This document shows, one piece after another, positions 27,764 to 37,023 of a stretch of 64,000 nucleotides of DNA. Each line of letters begins with the position of its first letter. Position 1 is the first letter of the stretch. The stretch is from Burkholderiaceae bacterium. GTDB lineage: Bacteria > Pseudomonadota > Gammaproteobacteria > Burkholderiales > Burkholderiaceae_B. The translations under genes were made by a program, and so were the position numbers. The stretch is taken from NCBI GenBank assembly GCA_046318595.1, contig JBKCTV010000091.1:63102-127101 (forward strand), given 5' to 3'. Under the pieces are notes generated by a model, which ran no database searches, was not told where the DNA came from, and was given only the letters and a program-made list of their open reading frames with translations.

Positions 27764-28537
27764 TCAACTGCCACCAAACCAGTTGTAGCCTTGGTTCTCC
27801 CAAAACCCGCCCGGATAGTCATTCGTGACGTACAGCTCGGTGATGTACTTCGGATTTTTATAGCCGAGCTTGGTCGGCATCCGCAGCTTCATCGGAAACC
27901 CGTACTCGCGCGGCAGCACCTGGTCATCGTAGGTCAGCGTCAACAAAGTTTGCGCGTGCAAGGCCGTCGGCATGTCGATACTGGTGTGATAGTCGTCCGC
28001 GCATTTAAAGCCGATATATTTTGCCGTGGTATCGGCGCCGATGCGCTGCAAAAAGTCGCTGAAGCGCACGCCGCCCCATTTGCCGATGGCGCTCCAGCCT
28101 TCCACGCAGATGTGTCGGGTGATCTGATCGGTTTGCGGCAACGCGCGCAGCGCCGTCAGCGACCAGGGGTTTTTGTCGCGAATCAGGCCGCCTAGCTGTA
28201 GGTGATAAGTGTCCGCTGGCACATCCCGAATCTCGCTGGCGCCATAATACGCATTGAACGGGAATGGCCGCGTGATCATCGACGCCGGGTAAGTCGGCGC
28301 CAGATTATTCGGATCGAAGATTCCCGCTTGCACGCGGTCGTTGAAACGCGAAACCGCCATCAAAAATTTTTGCACCGACGCATCGTTCGTCAGGCTACAG
28401 CCGGTAAGCAGGGACAAACCGCCGAGCGTCAAGGCTTTACCCATGAACAGCCGCCGGGTCGGCAGGGACAGTTCGCGTTCGGCATCCCGCAAAATGTCGG
28501 CTTTGTGGGCAAGGAATCGGCGGTGAGGTTTTTGCAT
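27764..28537 (-). CDS. periplasmic molybdopterin-dependent oxidoreductase (sulfite-oxidase/YedY fold)
   Basis: 257 aa with an RR-containing signal region (PTRRLFMGKALTLGGLSLLTGCS) and an HICVEGWS Mo-ligand Cys motif. Confidence 0.8.
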   Translation of the reverse strand: MQKPHRRFLAHKADILRDAERELSLPTRRLFMGKALTLGGLSLLTGCSLTNDASVQKFLMAVSRFNDRVQAGIFDPNNLAPTYPASMITRPFPFNAYYGASEIRDVPADTYHLQLGGLIRDKNPWSLTALRALPQTDQITRHICVEGWSAIGKWGGVRFSDFLQRIGADTTAKYIGFKCADDYHTSIDMPTALHAQTLLTLTYDDQVLPREYGFPMKLRMPTKLGYKNPKYITELYVTNDYPGGFWENQGYNWFGGS

Positions 28538-28595
28538 GTCGGGCCTCAGATGGTGTCGAAAGGTATTATAGGCGCGGTCGGTCGATGGCGACCGG

Positions 28596-29189
28596 TTAAC
28601 GACCCCGGACCATCGTCAGCAAAGTCCGCGGCACCAGGGCGACCATGAACACATGCACCGCGATGAAGGCGACCAGCCCGGCCATCGCGAAAAAATGCAC
28701 ACGGCGCGCTACTTCGTAGTCGCCCATTAAACCGCGCAGCCCGGGAAACTGAACCGGCTTCCAGAGAACGAGGCCTGACAGCACCAGAACGATCAGTAAC
28801 CCCATGACGCCAAGGTAAAACAGTTTTTGCACGGCGTTGTAGCGACGAAGGTCCGCATGCGTTAACTGCCCGCCCAGCGCAGCCCGCAGATCGTGGATGA
28901 CTTCGGTGGGCCGCACCGGCCAGAAGCGCTTCTTCAGACGTCCGCTGAAAACATTCAGACTCAGGTAAACGAGTCCGTTGACGAACAAGACCCACATGGC
29001 GGCGAAATGCCACTGCAGCGCACCGCCCAGCCAACCGCCCAGGGTCACGTCAGCCGGGAAGCGAAATGGAAAAAACGGCGACGCGTTATAAATCCGCCAA
29101 CCGCTCAGCAGCATGACGATCACGGCAATCGCATTGAGCCAATGCGTCAGGCGTACCCAGCGTGGATGAATCAGATCAGTTCGGGACAT
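28596..29189 (-). CDS. cytochrome b (b561 / Ni-hydrogenase-type dihaem b) membrane subunit
   Basis: 197 aa with 4 TM segments and conserved His residues (RLTHWLNAIAVIV..., HFAAMW..., HFFAMAG..., AVHVFM). It is upstream of, and probably co-transcribed with, the Moco protein. Confidence 0.8.
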   Translation of the reverse strand: MSRTDLIHPRWVRLTHWLNAIAVIVMLLSGWRIYNASPFFPFRFPADVTLGGWLGGALQWHFAAMWVLFVNGLVYLSLNVFSGRLKKRFWPVRPTEVIHDLRAALGGQLTHADLRRYNAVQKLFYLGVMGLLIVLVLSGLVLWKPVQFPGLRGLMGDYEVARRVHFFAMAGLVAFIAVHVFMVALVPRTLLTMVRGR

Positions 29190-30348
29190 GAGGCTGGCTT
29201 TCGAGAGATTGAGCGGGGTTTAGTATCGGATGGCTCGCCGGGTGGACCAAGCGCAGGCGGACGTCGCCGCCGACGAGCACCACCTCGATCGGCGTGAATG
29301 TCAAACGCGCCTCGCCCAGTTGCAGCAAACCCGGCATTTGTGCCATGCCCAGGCCACGACTGAGCAGGCGCGGCGCCTGATAAATCAGCAATTCATCCAC
29401 TAGGCCGGCATCGAGCAGGGCGCCGTTCAAACCCTGTCCGCCCTCGACGTGCAGCTCGTTGATGCCGTTTTCGCCCAGCCGCCGCATTAGTGCGAACAAA
29501 TCGACTCGCTTCGGGTTACTCGCTGCGGGTACCGCCAGACACCGCACGCCGGCTGCGGCGAGCTGTGCGCTGCGTTGCTGAGCCGCCGCATCGAGCCGCC
29601 CATGTACGACCCAGGCCGGCGTCTGCTGCAGAATCGCCGCTTCCCCTGAAATGTGCAACTGTCCGTCGACGATGATTTTCAGCGGCTGACGCGGAGTTTG
29701 CACCGCCCGCACCGACAGCCGCGGGTCGTCAGTACGAACGGTGCCACTACCGGTCAATAAGGCGCAGGCCCGTGCCCGCCACCGATGGCCGTCGTCCCGT
29801 GCGGCGGGGCCGGTTATCCATTGGCTCGACCCATCCGGCAAAGCTGTGAAACCGTCCAGGCTGATGGCGGCTTTGAGGCGTACCCACGGCCGGCCGCGCG
29901 TCATCCGCGAAATGAAGCCGGGGTTCAAGCTGGCGGCTTCGCCAGCCTGCAGACCGACATCGACCGGGATGCCAGCCGCTCGCAGCCGTGCGACGCCGCT
30001 ACCCGCCACGCGGGGATCGGGGTCCTGCATGGCGACGACGACGCGGGCCACCCCCGCCGTGATCAGGGCATCCGCGCAGGGTGGCGTCCGGCCATGATGA
30101 CTGCAGGGCTCCAGCGTCACATAAGCGGTCGCGTCGCGCGCCTGCGAACCGGCGGCGTGCAAGGCCAGCACTTCGGCGTGCGGCTCGCCAGCCGCGCGGT
30201 GAAACCCTTCGCCGATGAGCGTACCGTCCGCGCGTGCGAGCACACAACCGACCCGGGGATTCGGCGTTGTCGTGTATAAGCCCTGCGCCGCCAGGGCCAG
30301 TGCCCGTTGCATCCACTGCCGATCCGAGTCGGAAAACACGCTACTCAC
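29176..30348 (-). CDS. ribD: bifunctional diaminohydroxyphosphoribosylaminopyrimidine deaminase / 5-amino-6-(5-phosphoribosylamino)uracil reductase
   Basis: 390 aa with the HAEVLAL and TLEPCSHHGRTPPC deaminase zinc motifs, plus a C-terminal reductase domain. Confidence 0.9.
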   Translation of the reverse strand: MSSVFSDSDRQWMQRALALAAQGLYTTTPNPRVGCVLARADGTLIGEGFHRAAGEPHAEVLALHAAGSQARDATAYVTLEPCSHHGRTPPCADALITAGVARVVVAMQDPDPRVAGSGVARLRAAGIPVDVGLQAGEAASLNPGFISRMTRGRPWVRLKAAISLDGFTALPDGSSQWITGPAARDDGHRWRARACALLTGSGTVRTDDPRLSVRAVQTPRQPLKIIVDGQLHISGEAAILQQTPAWVVHGRLDAAAQQRSAQLAAAGVRCLAVPAASNPKRVDLFALMRRLGENGINELHVEGGQGLNGALLDAGLVDELLIYQAPRLLSRGLGMAQMPGLLQLGEARLTFTPIEVVLVGGDVRLRLVHPASHPILNPAQSLESQPHVPN

Positions 30349-30517
30349 CGCCGGCTTGTGCTTGGTGACACTCGAAATGTCGGTGTCGTTTCATATGGGT
30401 TCCGCCATGCAGGGGGCCGGATGCTTTTTCGAGCGAGGAAGAGCGCCCCGCTCGGTGCGAACAGCTCAGCCGCATGGCGAAAAATCATGCATGATGCACT
30501 ATGAAGGCTGCGCCCGC

Positions 30518-31105
30518 TCATTTTCCCCAGACATCGGCGATCCGCCGGTCGCGGCCGCAACCTGTGCGGTAGGCATGATAATGCACCGGATTTTTTCTGG
30601 CGTAGTCCTGGTGATAGGCTTCGGCTTTATAAAACGGCGCGGCTGGAATGATTTCGGTGTGGATGTGTTTGAATTTACCGGTTTTCAATAAAGCGTCGCG
30701 ACTCGCGAAGGCCGCTTTTTTCTGTTCGTCATCGCCGTAAAAAATCACCGTTCGATATTCATTGCCTTTATCGCAAAACTGCTGATCCTTGACCGTTGGG
30801 TCGATGTGGTGCCAGTAATAATCCAATACTTGTGCATAGCTGAGCCTAGCGGTGTCATAGCTGACTTTGACCGCTTCGGCATGGCCTGTATTGCCCCGGC
30901 TGACCTGTTCATAGGTCGGGTTCGCCACCGTCCCGCCTGCGTAACCGGATTCTGCCGCAAGCACACCCGGCAATTTCTCGAAATCGTATTCCATGCTCCA
31001 GAAACAACCGCCGGCGAACACCGCAGTGGCGGTCGCGGCCATGGCTGCCGGGCTGAATGACAGCGCGGCCAGACTGCTCAAAACCAAGATCGAAAGACGT
31101 TTCAT
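30518..31105 (-). CDS. msrA: peptide-methionine (S)-S-oxide reductase with Sec-type signal peptide
   Basis: 195 aa. MKRLSILVLSSLAALSFSPAAMA is followed by the AVFAGGCFWSME catalytic motif. Confidence 0.9.
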   Translation of the reverse strand: MKRLSILVLSSLAALSFSPAAMAATATAVFAGGCFWSMEYDFEKLPGVLAAESGYAGGTVANPTYEQVSRGNTGHAEAVKVSYDTARLSYAQVLDYYWHHIDPTVKDQQFCDKGNEYRTVIFYGDDEQKKAAFASRDALLKTGKFKHIHTEIIPAAPFYKAEAYHQDYARKNPVHYHAYRTGCGRDRRIADVWGK

Positions 31106-31599
31106 TGCCGCACCTCGGGAAGTTTGTTGCCGTCCGGCACGAAAGCCAGGGCCAGGCCATTATTGCAATACCGCAAGCCGGTCGGCTGCGGTCCGTCTTT
31201 AAAGATATGGCCCTGATGGCCGCCGCAGTTCGAGCAATGGTATTCGGTGCGCGGCACGCCTATCTTATAATCGGTTTTGGTGTCGAGCGCGGCGGGTAGG
31301 GCATCGAAAAAGCTGGGCCAGCCGGTGCCGCTATCGTATTTTGTCGTGCTTTTGAACAAAGCCTGATTGCAGGCTGCGCAGACGAACGTGCCGACCCGTT
31401 TTTCCTGGTTCAACGGGCTCGATCCCGGCGCCTCGGTTGCTTCTTCGAAGAGCACGGCGTACTGCGCCCTCGAAACGATGGCGAGCCATTGATGGCGAGT
31501 TTTCTGGATATACGATTTTTTCGCCATCGCCTGCCGCAGCGGCGCGCCTGCGAGCAAACCGGCTGTTAGCAAGGACGACAATACCTGTCTTCTGTTCAT
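31102..31599 (-). CDS. msrB: peptide-methionine (R)-S-oxide reductase with twin-arginine-type signal
   Basis: 165 aa. MNRRQVLSSLLTAGLLAGAPLRQAMA is the signal. It has CAAC and CSNC zinc motifs and the catalytic RYCNNG. Its stop overlaps the msrA start (ATGA). Confidence 0.9.
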   Translation of the reverse strand: MNRRQVLSSLLTAGLLAGAPLRQAMAKKSYIQKTRHQWLAIVSRAQYAVLFEEATEAPGSSPLNQEKRVGTFVCAACNQALFKSTTKYDSGTGWPSFFDALPAALDTKTDYKIGVPRTEYHCSNCGGHQGHIFKDGPQPTGLRYCNNGLALAFVPDGNKLPEVRQ

Positions 31600-31618
31600 A
31601 CCCGGTTCCTTTGAACGT

Positions 31619-32086
31619 TCAGCTCGTGGGGCGCTGCGTCTTCAGCATTTCATTGATGACATCGGCGAATGCTTCCACCTCTTCGAAGCGGTGATACACC
31701 GACGCGAAACGAATATAAGCTACTTCATCCAGAAGCTTCAACTCCAGCATGACCATTTCGCCGACGATCGCCGCCGATACTTCGCGCTGGCCACCAGCCA
31801 GCAGCTTATCTTCGATGCGGGCTATCGCTTCATCGACCGCCTGCGCGGCAACCGGGCGTTTGCGCAGCGCGAGCATCAGGCTGGCGCGCAGCTTGTGGCG
31901 TTCGTAATCGACCCGGCTGCCGTTTTTTTTGACTATTGCGGGCAGTTGAAGTTCAACCCGTTCGTAAGTCGTGAACCGTTTTTGGCAAGTAGTGCACTGC
32001 CGCCGCCGCCGGATCAGGTCGCCTTCTTCCGGGGTGCGCGAGTCGATGACCTGCGTATCGACGTGCTGACAAAACGGGCAGCGCAT
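31619..32086 (-). CDS. nrdR: transcriptional repressor NrdR
   Basis: 155 aa with the [17 protein letters not shown] zinc ribbon and an ATP-cone. Confidence 0.95.
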   Translation of the reverse strand: MRCPFCQHVDTQVIDSRTPEEGDLIRRRRQCTTCQKRFTTYERVELQLPAIVKKNGSRVDYERHKLRASLMLALRKRPVAAQAVDEAIARIEDKLLAGGQREVSAAIVGEMVMLELKLLDEVAYIRFASVYHRFEEVEAFADVINEMLKTQRPTS

Positions 32087-32095
32087 CGGCGCCGC

Positions 32096-33340
32096 TCAGC
32101 GATAAACCGGAAACCGCGTCGTTAATAGGCCGACTCGGCGCCGTACGTCTTCGATCACGGCGGCGTCGTGCGGCCGATCAAGCAGATCGGCGATCAGGTG
32201 GCCGACGGCGCAGGCCTCGTCTTCGCCGAAACCGCGCGTGGTCATCGCCGGCGACCCGAGACGGATACCGCTCGTGACGAACGGCTTTTCCGGGTCGTTC
32301 GGAATCGCGTTTTTATTGACCGTTATGTGCGCCTGGCCGAGTAGCTCCTCGGCCGCCTTGCCCGTGATGCCCTTGGCGCGCAGGTCAACGAGCATGACAT
32401 GGCTTTCGGTCTGCCCGGACACGATCCGCAAGCCACGTTCTATTAAAGTTTGGGCCAGAGCGCGGGCATTCTTGACGACTTGCGCCTGATAGGTTTTGAA
32501 CGCCGGCTGCAGGGCTTCGTGGAATGCCACTGCTTTGCCGGCGATCACATGCATCAACGGACCGCCCTGTATACCCGGGAAAATCGCGCTGTTGATCGGT
32601 TTGGCCAGCGCTTCTTTCATCAGAATGACGCCCCCGCGCGGACCGCGCAAGCTCTTGTGCGTCGTGGACGTGACCACGTCCGCATGCGGCACGGGGTTGG
32701 GGTAAACGCCAGCGGCGATCAGTCCGGCGTAGTGGGCCATATCGACCATGAAATACGCGCCGATCTCCTTGGCGATTCGCGCGAAACGCTCGAAATCGAT
32801 TCGCAGTGCGTACGCCGACGCGCCGGCGATGATCAGCTTCGGTTTGTGCTCCCGCGCCAAGGCTTCCATGCGCTCATAGTCGATCGCCTCCTGAGCGTCC
32901 AGCCCGTAAGAGACCACTTTGAACCACTTGCCAGACATATTCAGCGGCATGCCATGGGTCAAATGCCCACCCTCTGCGAGCGACAAACCCATGATCGTGT
33001 CGCCGGGCTGCAGCAGGGCGAAAAACACCGCCTGATTGGCCTGCGAGCCCGAGTTGGGCTGAACATTGGCTGCCTCTGCGCCAAAGAGCGCTTTAAGGCG
33101 CTCGATGGCCAGTGTTTCGACCTCGTCGACATACTCGCAGCCGCCGTAATAGCGCTTGCCCGGGTAGCCTTCGGCGTATTTATTGGTAAGCTGCGAGCCC
33201 TGCGCCGCCATCACCGCCGGGCTGGTGTAATTTTCCGAGGCGATCAGTTCGATGTGATCTTCCTGGCGGCGGGTTTCTTTCTGGACTGCGGCGAAAATTT
33301 CCGGGTCTACGGTACTAAGGGTGGCGGTGCGGTCGAACAT
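32096..33340 (-). CDS. glyA: serine hydroxymethyltransferase
   Basis: 414 aa with the [15 protein letters not shown]-lysine motif. Confidence 0.95.
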   Translation of the reverse strand: MFDRTATLSTVDPEIFAAVQKETRRQEDHIELIASENYTSPAVMAAQGSQLTNKYAEGYPGKRYYGGCEYVDEVETLAIERLKALFGAEAANVQPNSGSQANQAVFFALLQPGDTIMGLSLAEGGHLTHGMPLNMSGKWFKVVSYGLDAQEAIDYERMEALAREHKPKLIIAGASAYALRIDFERFARIAKEIGAYFMVDMAHYAGLIAAGVYPNPVPHADVVTSTTHKSLRGPRGGVILMKEALAKPINSAIFPGIQGGPLMHVIAGKAVAFHEALQPAFKTYQAQVVKNARALAQTLIERGLRIVSGQTESHVMLVDLRAKGITGKAAEELLGQAHITVNKNAIPNDPEKPFVTSGIRLGSPAMTTRGFGEDEACAVGHLIADLLDRPHDAAVIEDVRRRVGLLTTRFPVYR

Positions 33341-33431
33341 GAGGACGTCCTGGTAAAGCGCGGTGCGCGGCTGGCGGAAGCATCGATTTTAAAGGATTCC
33401 GCCGAACTGCGCATCTGTGTCACGTATGCCG

Positions 33432-34154
33432 TCACCGATCGATTTCGTCCAGCGTCCGACTCGCTGCGCGCTGCAGATGCTCGACGTCACCCCAGCAACG
33501 CACTGCCGCCCGGTTTTGGGCCGTGGCCTGCGCCTCATAATCCACGACGTTGACACTGGTATTTAAAATCGGCCAGTCGCGTGCCGGCTGCAATTCCAGG
33601 CTGTTGGCATGCCGATAAACGCTATCCAGAATGCCGCCGTGGCTGACGACCAGTATTGTTTGTCCGAGATGGCGTTCGACCAGTTTCGCCAGTACCGCGA
33701 CGATACGCGCATGAAACCGGCCGAGCGATTCACCGCCGGGTAGCTCGGCCTCTGTGCTCCGCGTCAGCAGCCCGGACGCGGCAATCGGATCGCTGACGAG
33801 CATTTCGGCGGCGACGCAGCCCGCAAAACAGCCGAAATGCCGTTCTCGCAAAGCTTCGTCGCACACGCATGGCTGCTGCAAAGCCAGAGCGATCGCCTTT
33901 GCCGTTTCATGAGCACGGCTCAGGTCGCTGCTATAAATCGCTGCCGGTCTAAACGTGCCGTCCGCCAGACGCCTGGCCAGCAAATCTGCCTGTCGCCGCC
34001 CGTGTGCGTTCAAGGGAATGTCGAGTTGACCCTGATAACGCTTGACGAGGTTCCAGTCGGTTTCCCCATGCCGCACCCAGACGGTGCGACAAACACCGGC
34101 CGCGGCCGGCGGTAAGCTTTCGAGAGTCGGCTGGCCGGTCGTCATCAAGTCCAC
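33432..34154 (-). CDS. histidine phosphatase (phosphoglycerate mutase) family protein
   Basis: 240 aa with the VRHGETDWN catalytic RHG motif and a downstream SHGG motif. Confidence 0.8.
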   Translation of the reverse strand: MDLMTTGQPTLESLPPAAAGVCRTVWVRHGETDWNLVKRYQGQLDIPLNAHGRRQADLLARRLADGTFRPAAIYSSDLSRAHETAKAIALALQQPCVCDEALRERHFGCFAGCVAAEMLVSDPIAASGLLTRSTEAELPGGESLGRFHARIVAVLAKLVERHLGQTILVVSHGGILDSVYRHANSLELQPARDWPILNTSVNVVDYEAQATAQNRAAVRCWGDVEHLQRAASRTLDEIDR

Positions 34155-34160
34155 TGCCGT

Positions 34161-35420
34161 TTAGCCGAGCACGATGCGGGCGAACTTGCGTTTCCCGACC
34201 TGCACGGTGTATTGGCCGGCCGACAACCGCAGGCTTTTGTCGGCGATGCGTTGGCCGTCGATGCGCACGCCGCCCTGTTCGATATTCCGGGTGGCTTCGG
34301 AAGCGGAGGGTGCCAAGCCAGCTTCCTTGAGAATTTGCACGATTCCCAGAGGCGCCCCGGCGAGCTGTAGCACCGGTAAGTCGACCGGCAACGCGCCTTG
34401 CCGAAAACGCGCCTCAAAATCGGCCAGCGCCGCGTCGGCCGCCGCCCCGTCGTGAAACCGCGTGACGATTTCCTGCGCCAACGCAACCTTCGCATCGCGT
34501 GGGTTGCGGCCATCTTGACATTCCCTTTGCAAGGTCGCGACGCGCTCGGCGGACTGAAAGCTCAGCAACTCGTAGTATTCCCACATCAGCGTATCGGAAA
34601 TCGACATCAGCTTGCCGAACATCTCGGTTGGACTGTCGGTGACGCCGATGTAATTTCGCTTTGACTTGGACATTTTGTCGATACCGTCAGTGCCGACCAG
34701 CAATGGCATGGTTAGCACACATTGTTGGGCCATCCCCTCTTGTTTTTGGAGTTCGCGGCCGACCAGCAGGTTGAATTTTTGGTCGGTCCCGCCGATTTCA
34801 AGGTCGGCGCGCAACGCGACCGAATCGTAACCCTGCATCAAGGGGTACAGAAATTCGTGGAGCGCGATCGGCTGCTCGTTTTGAAAGCGTTTGGTGAAAT
34901 CGTCGCGTTCGAGAATGCGCGCCACCGTGTAGCGGGCGGCCAGTTTGATCAGACCCGCTGCGCCGAGCGGCTCGCACCATTCGCTGTTGTAGCGGATTTC
35001 GGTGCTGGCCGGGTCGAGAATCTTCATGGCCTGGGTTTGATAGGTTGCGGCGTTGAGGCGAATCTGCTCGGCTGATAATGGCGGGCGGGTGTCGTTGCGC
35101 CCGGACGGGTCGCCGATGGCGGCGGTGAAGTCGCCGATCAGAAAAATCACCCTATGGCCTAGGTCCTGAAGCTGACGCAGTTTATTGAGCACCACCGTGT
35201 GTCCCAGATGGATGTCCGGGGCGGTCGGGTCCATGCCCAGCTTGATGCGTAAAGGGGTACCTAACTCTTCTGCGCGATTCAGTTTGCCGATCCAATCGGT
35301 TTCAATCAATAGTTCTTTACAACCCCGTCGGCTTACCGCCAATGCATGGGCCACATTGGCTGAGCGCGGCATCACCGGGTTTTTGACAAGACCGGCGGAG
35401 GCCATCGCGTTTTGGTTCAT
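34161..35420 (-). CDS. tyrS: tyrosine--tRNA ligase
   Basis: 419 aa from the ATG at 35418-35420 (AGGAAT Shine-Dalgarno upstream). It has the HIGH-type [13 protein letters not shown], and a C-terminal S4-like domain. Confidence 0.9.
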   Translation of the reverse strand: MNQNAMASAGLVKNPVMPRSANVAHALAVSRRGCKELLIETDWIGKLNRAEELGTPLRIKLGMDPTAPDIHLGHTVVLNKLRQLQDLGHRVIFLIGDFTAAIGDPSGRNDTRPPLSAEQIRLNAATYQTQAMKILDPASTEIRYNSEWCEPLGAAGLIKLAARYTVARILERDDFTKRFQNEQPIALHEFLYPLMQGYDSVALRADLEIGGTDQKFNLLVGRELQKQEGMAQQCVLTMPLLVGTDGIDKMSKSKRNYIGVTDSPTEMFGKLMSISDTLMWEYYELLSFQSAERVATLQRECQDGRNPRDAKVALAQEIVTRFHDGAAADAALADFEARFRQGALPVDLPVLQLAGAPLGIVQILKEAGLAPSASEATRNIEQGGVRIDGQRIADKSLRLSAGQYTVQVGKRKFARIVLG

Positions 35421-35533
35421 TCCGATTCCTTTGGTACACTGCGTTAGTTTTTTTGAGTGTCGATATGCTGTGGTGTTTGCGCAACGGTTGGGTTGTCCTT
35501 CAAGACCAGCGCCAGGCAACGACGAGCCACTGA

Positions 35534-35561
35534 TTATATTGACCTTTGCCGATCAATATAA
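35534..35561. repeat. perfect 9-bp inverted repeat TTATATTGA-N10-TCAATATAA in the tyrS / M23-peptidase divergent region
   Basis: Read directly: 35534-35542 and 35553-35561. Confidence 0.7.
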
Positions 35562-35600
35562 GAGGGCGTAGCCCCACCGAATCAGGAATCGTAAGAAACC

Positions 35601-37004
35601 ATGTTTCGATCATTTTTTCGTAAACAGTTTTTTCTCGCTTTTAAAAATGGCCGTACCAGGGCTCGCTGGGTTGCCGATGCCGTCGTGGACGAAGCTCAGG
35701 CCTGGCTGCCCGCCAATCCGACGCGGCGCAAGCGCGTGCTGGTCGGGCTTGCCGGTCTGCCGGTCTTGAGTGCCGCTGTCGCGTTTGCTACCGCCCCGTC
35801 CGCACCTGGTATCGATATCGGCAGCAGTCAAATGGTGACCGATACGCTGGCGCTGGACATCGACGCCGATGATATCGGACGCGGTCAGCCGCTCGTGGCT
35901 GAGGAGCGCGTCCGGCGCGGCGATTCGGTCGGTTTGTTATTGGGTCGTCTGGGCGTCAACGATCCCGATATATGGTCGCTGTTGCGCACCGATTCTGAAG
36001 CACGCAAGCTGACCCTGCTGCGGCCCGGCAAGGCCGTTTCCGTGCAATTGAACGAACATGGTCTGGTGCAATGGCTGCGTTACTGGCACTCTTCGGCCAA
36101 TGAAGGCTCGACCGCCGATGTACTGTTGATCGAGCGCAAGGGCGGCCGGTTGATCGCGCGCAACGAAGCCGTGGCTTTCGAACGTCAGGTCGTCATCAAA
36201 ACCGGCAAGGTGCGTTCCTCGTTATATGGCGCCACCGACGATGCAGGTATACCCGACGCCATCGCCAATCAGTTGACCGAAGTCTTCTCCGCGCAAATCG
36301 ATTTTCACCGTGATTTAAAGAAAGGCGACAGCTTTCGCGTCGTCTATGAAATGATGCGGATCAACGGCGAGCCGGTACGGCCTGGCCGGATACTAGCGGC
36401 CGAGTTTACCAATGGCGGGGAAAAGCATCAGGCTTTTTGGCACGAAGGTAGCCAAGGCGGCGCTTACTATCAGGCCGACGGCAAGAGTCTGCGGCAGGCG
36501 TTTCTGCGGTCTCCGCTCGAGTTTTCGCGAGTCACCTCCGGTTTCACAACCGCCCGCTTTCACCCCATCTTGCAAAACTGGCGTGCGCACAAAGGCGTCG
36601 ATTACGGTGCTCCGCGCGGCACACGCGTCAAAAGCACGGCCGATGGCACCATCAGCTTCGCCGGCACACAAAGCGGTTACGGCAATCTCGTGGTCGTCAA
36701 GCATTACGGCGCTTATTCCACCGCTTATGCGCATCTGAGCGGTTTTGCGCCGGGTTTGCGGATCGGCGCGAAAGTTTCTCAGGGCGACGTCTTGGGGTAT
36801 GTGGGCAGCACCGGTTGGGCGACAGGCCCCCACTTGCATTATGAGTTTCGCATCAATAACGTGCAACAGAATCCGTTGGCGGTCGCGCTGCCGCCCGCCA
36901 TGCCGCTCGACGGACCATCCTTGGCGCAGTTCAAACGTTCGGTCGGTGAGTGGCAGGCACGGCTCGAGCTGAGCGATTCCTTGCAACTGGCCCGGGCGGA
37001 ATAA
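35601..37004 (+). CDS. M23-family peptidoglycan metalloendopeptidase
   Basis: 467 aa with an N-terminal membrane anchor and the HKGVDYGAP and GSTGWATGPHLHYEF zinc motifs. Confidence 0.85.
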   Translation: MFRSFFRKQFFLAFKNGRTRARWVADAVVDEAQAWLPANPTRRKRVLVGLAGLPVLSAAVAFATAPSAPGIDIGSSQMVTDTLALDIDADDIGRGQPLVAEERVRRGDSVGLLLGRLGVNDPDIWSLLRTDSEARKLTLLRPGKAVSVQLNEHGLVQWLRYWHSSANEGSTADVLLIERKGGRLIARNEAVAFERQVVIKTGKVRSSLYGATDDAGIPDAIANQLTEVFSAQIDFHRDLKKGDSFRVVYEMMRINGEPVRPGRILAAEFTNGGEKHQAFWHEGSQGGAYYQADGKSLRQAFLRSPLEFSRVTSGFTTARFHPILQNWRAHKGVDYGAPRGTRVKSTADGTISFAGTQSGYGNLVVVKHYGAYSTAYAHLSGFAPGLRIGAKVSQGDVLGYVGSTGWATGPHLHYEFRINNVQQNPLAVALPPAMPLDGPSLAQFKRSVGEWQARLELSDSLQLARAE

Positions 37005-37023
37005 AAAGTTCGATGCTCGCGCC

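Noticed and set aside
30349-30517. Possible FMN (RFN) riboswitch upstream of ribD.
   Set aside because: I reverse-complemented the spacer and found none of the conserved RFN core segments (for example GGGGCAGGGTGAAATTCCC, GATCCGGTGAAATTCCGG or GCCGACAGT). Only generic hairpins are present, more likely the msrA terminator. A covariance-model scan would settle it.
33341-33431. Possible ZTP/THF-type riboswitch or attenuator upstream of glyA.
   Set aside because: The spacer is only 91 nt. It has a 7-bp hairpin (ggcggaa/ttccgcc) but no match to the ZTP core (GGGTCGTGACTGGCG...CCGCCTGGGC) that I can see.
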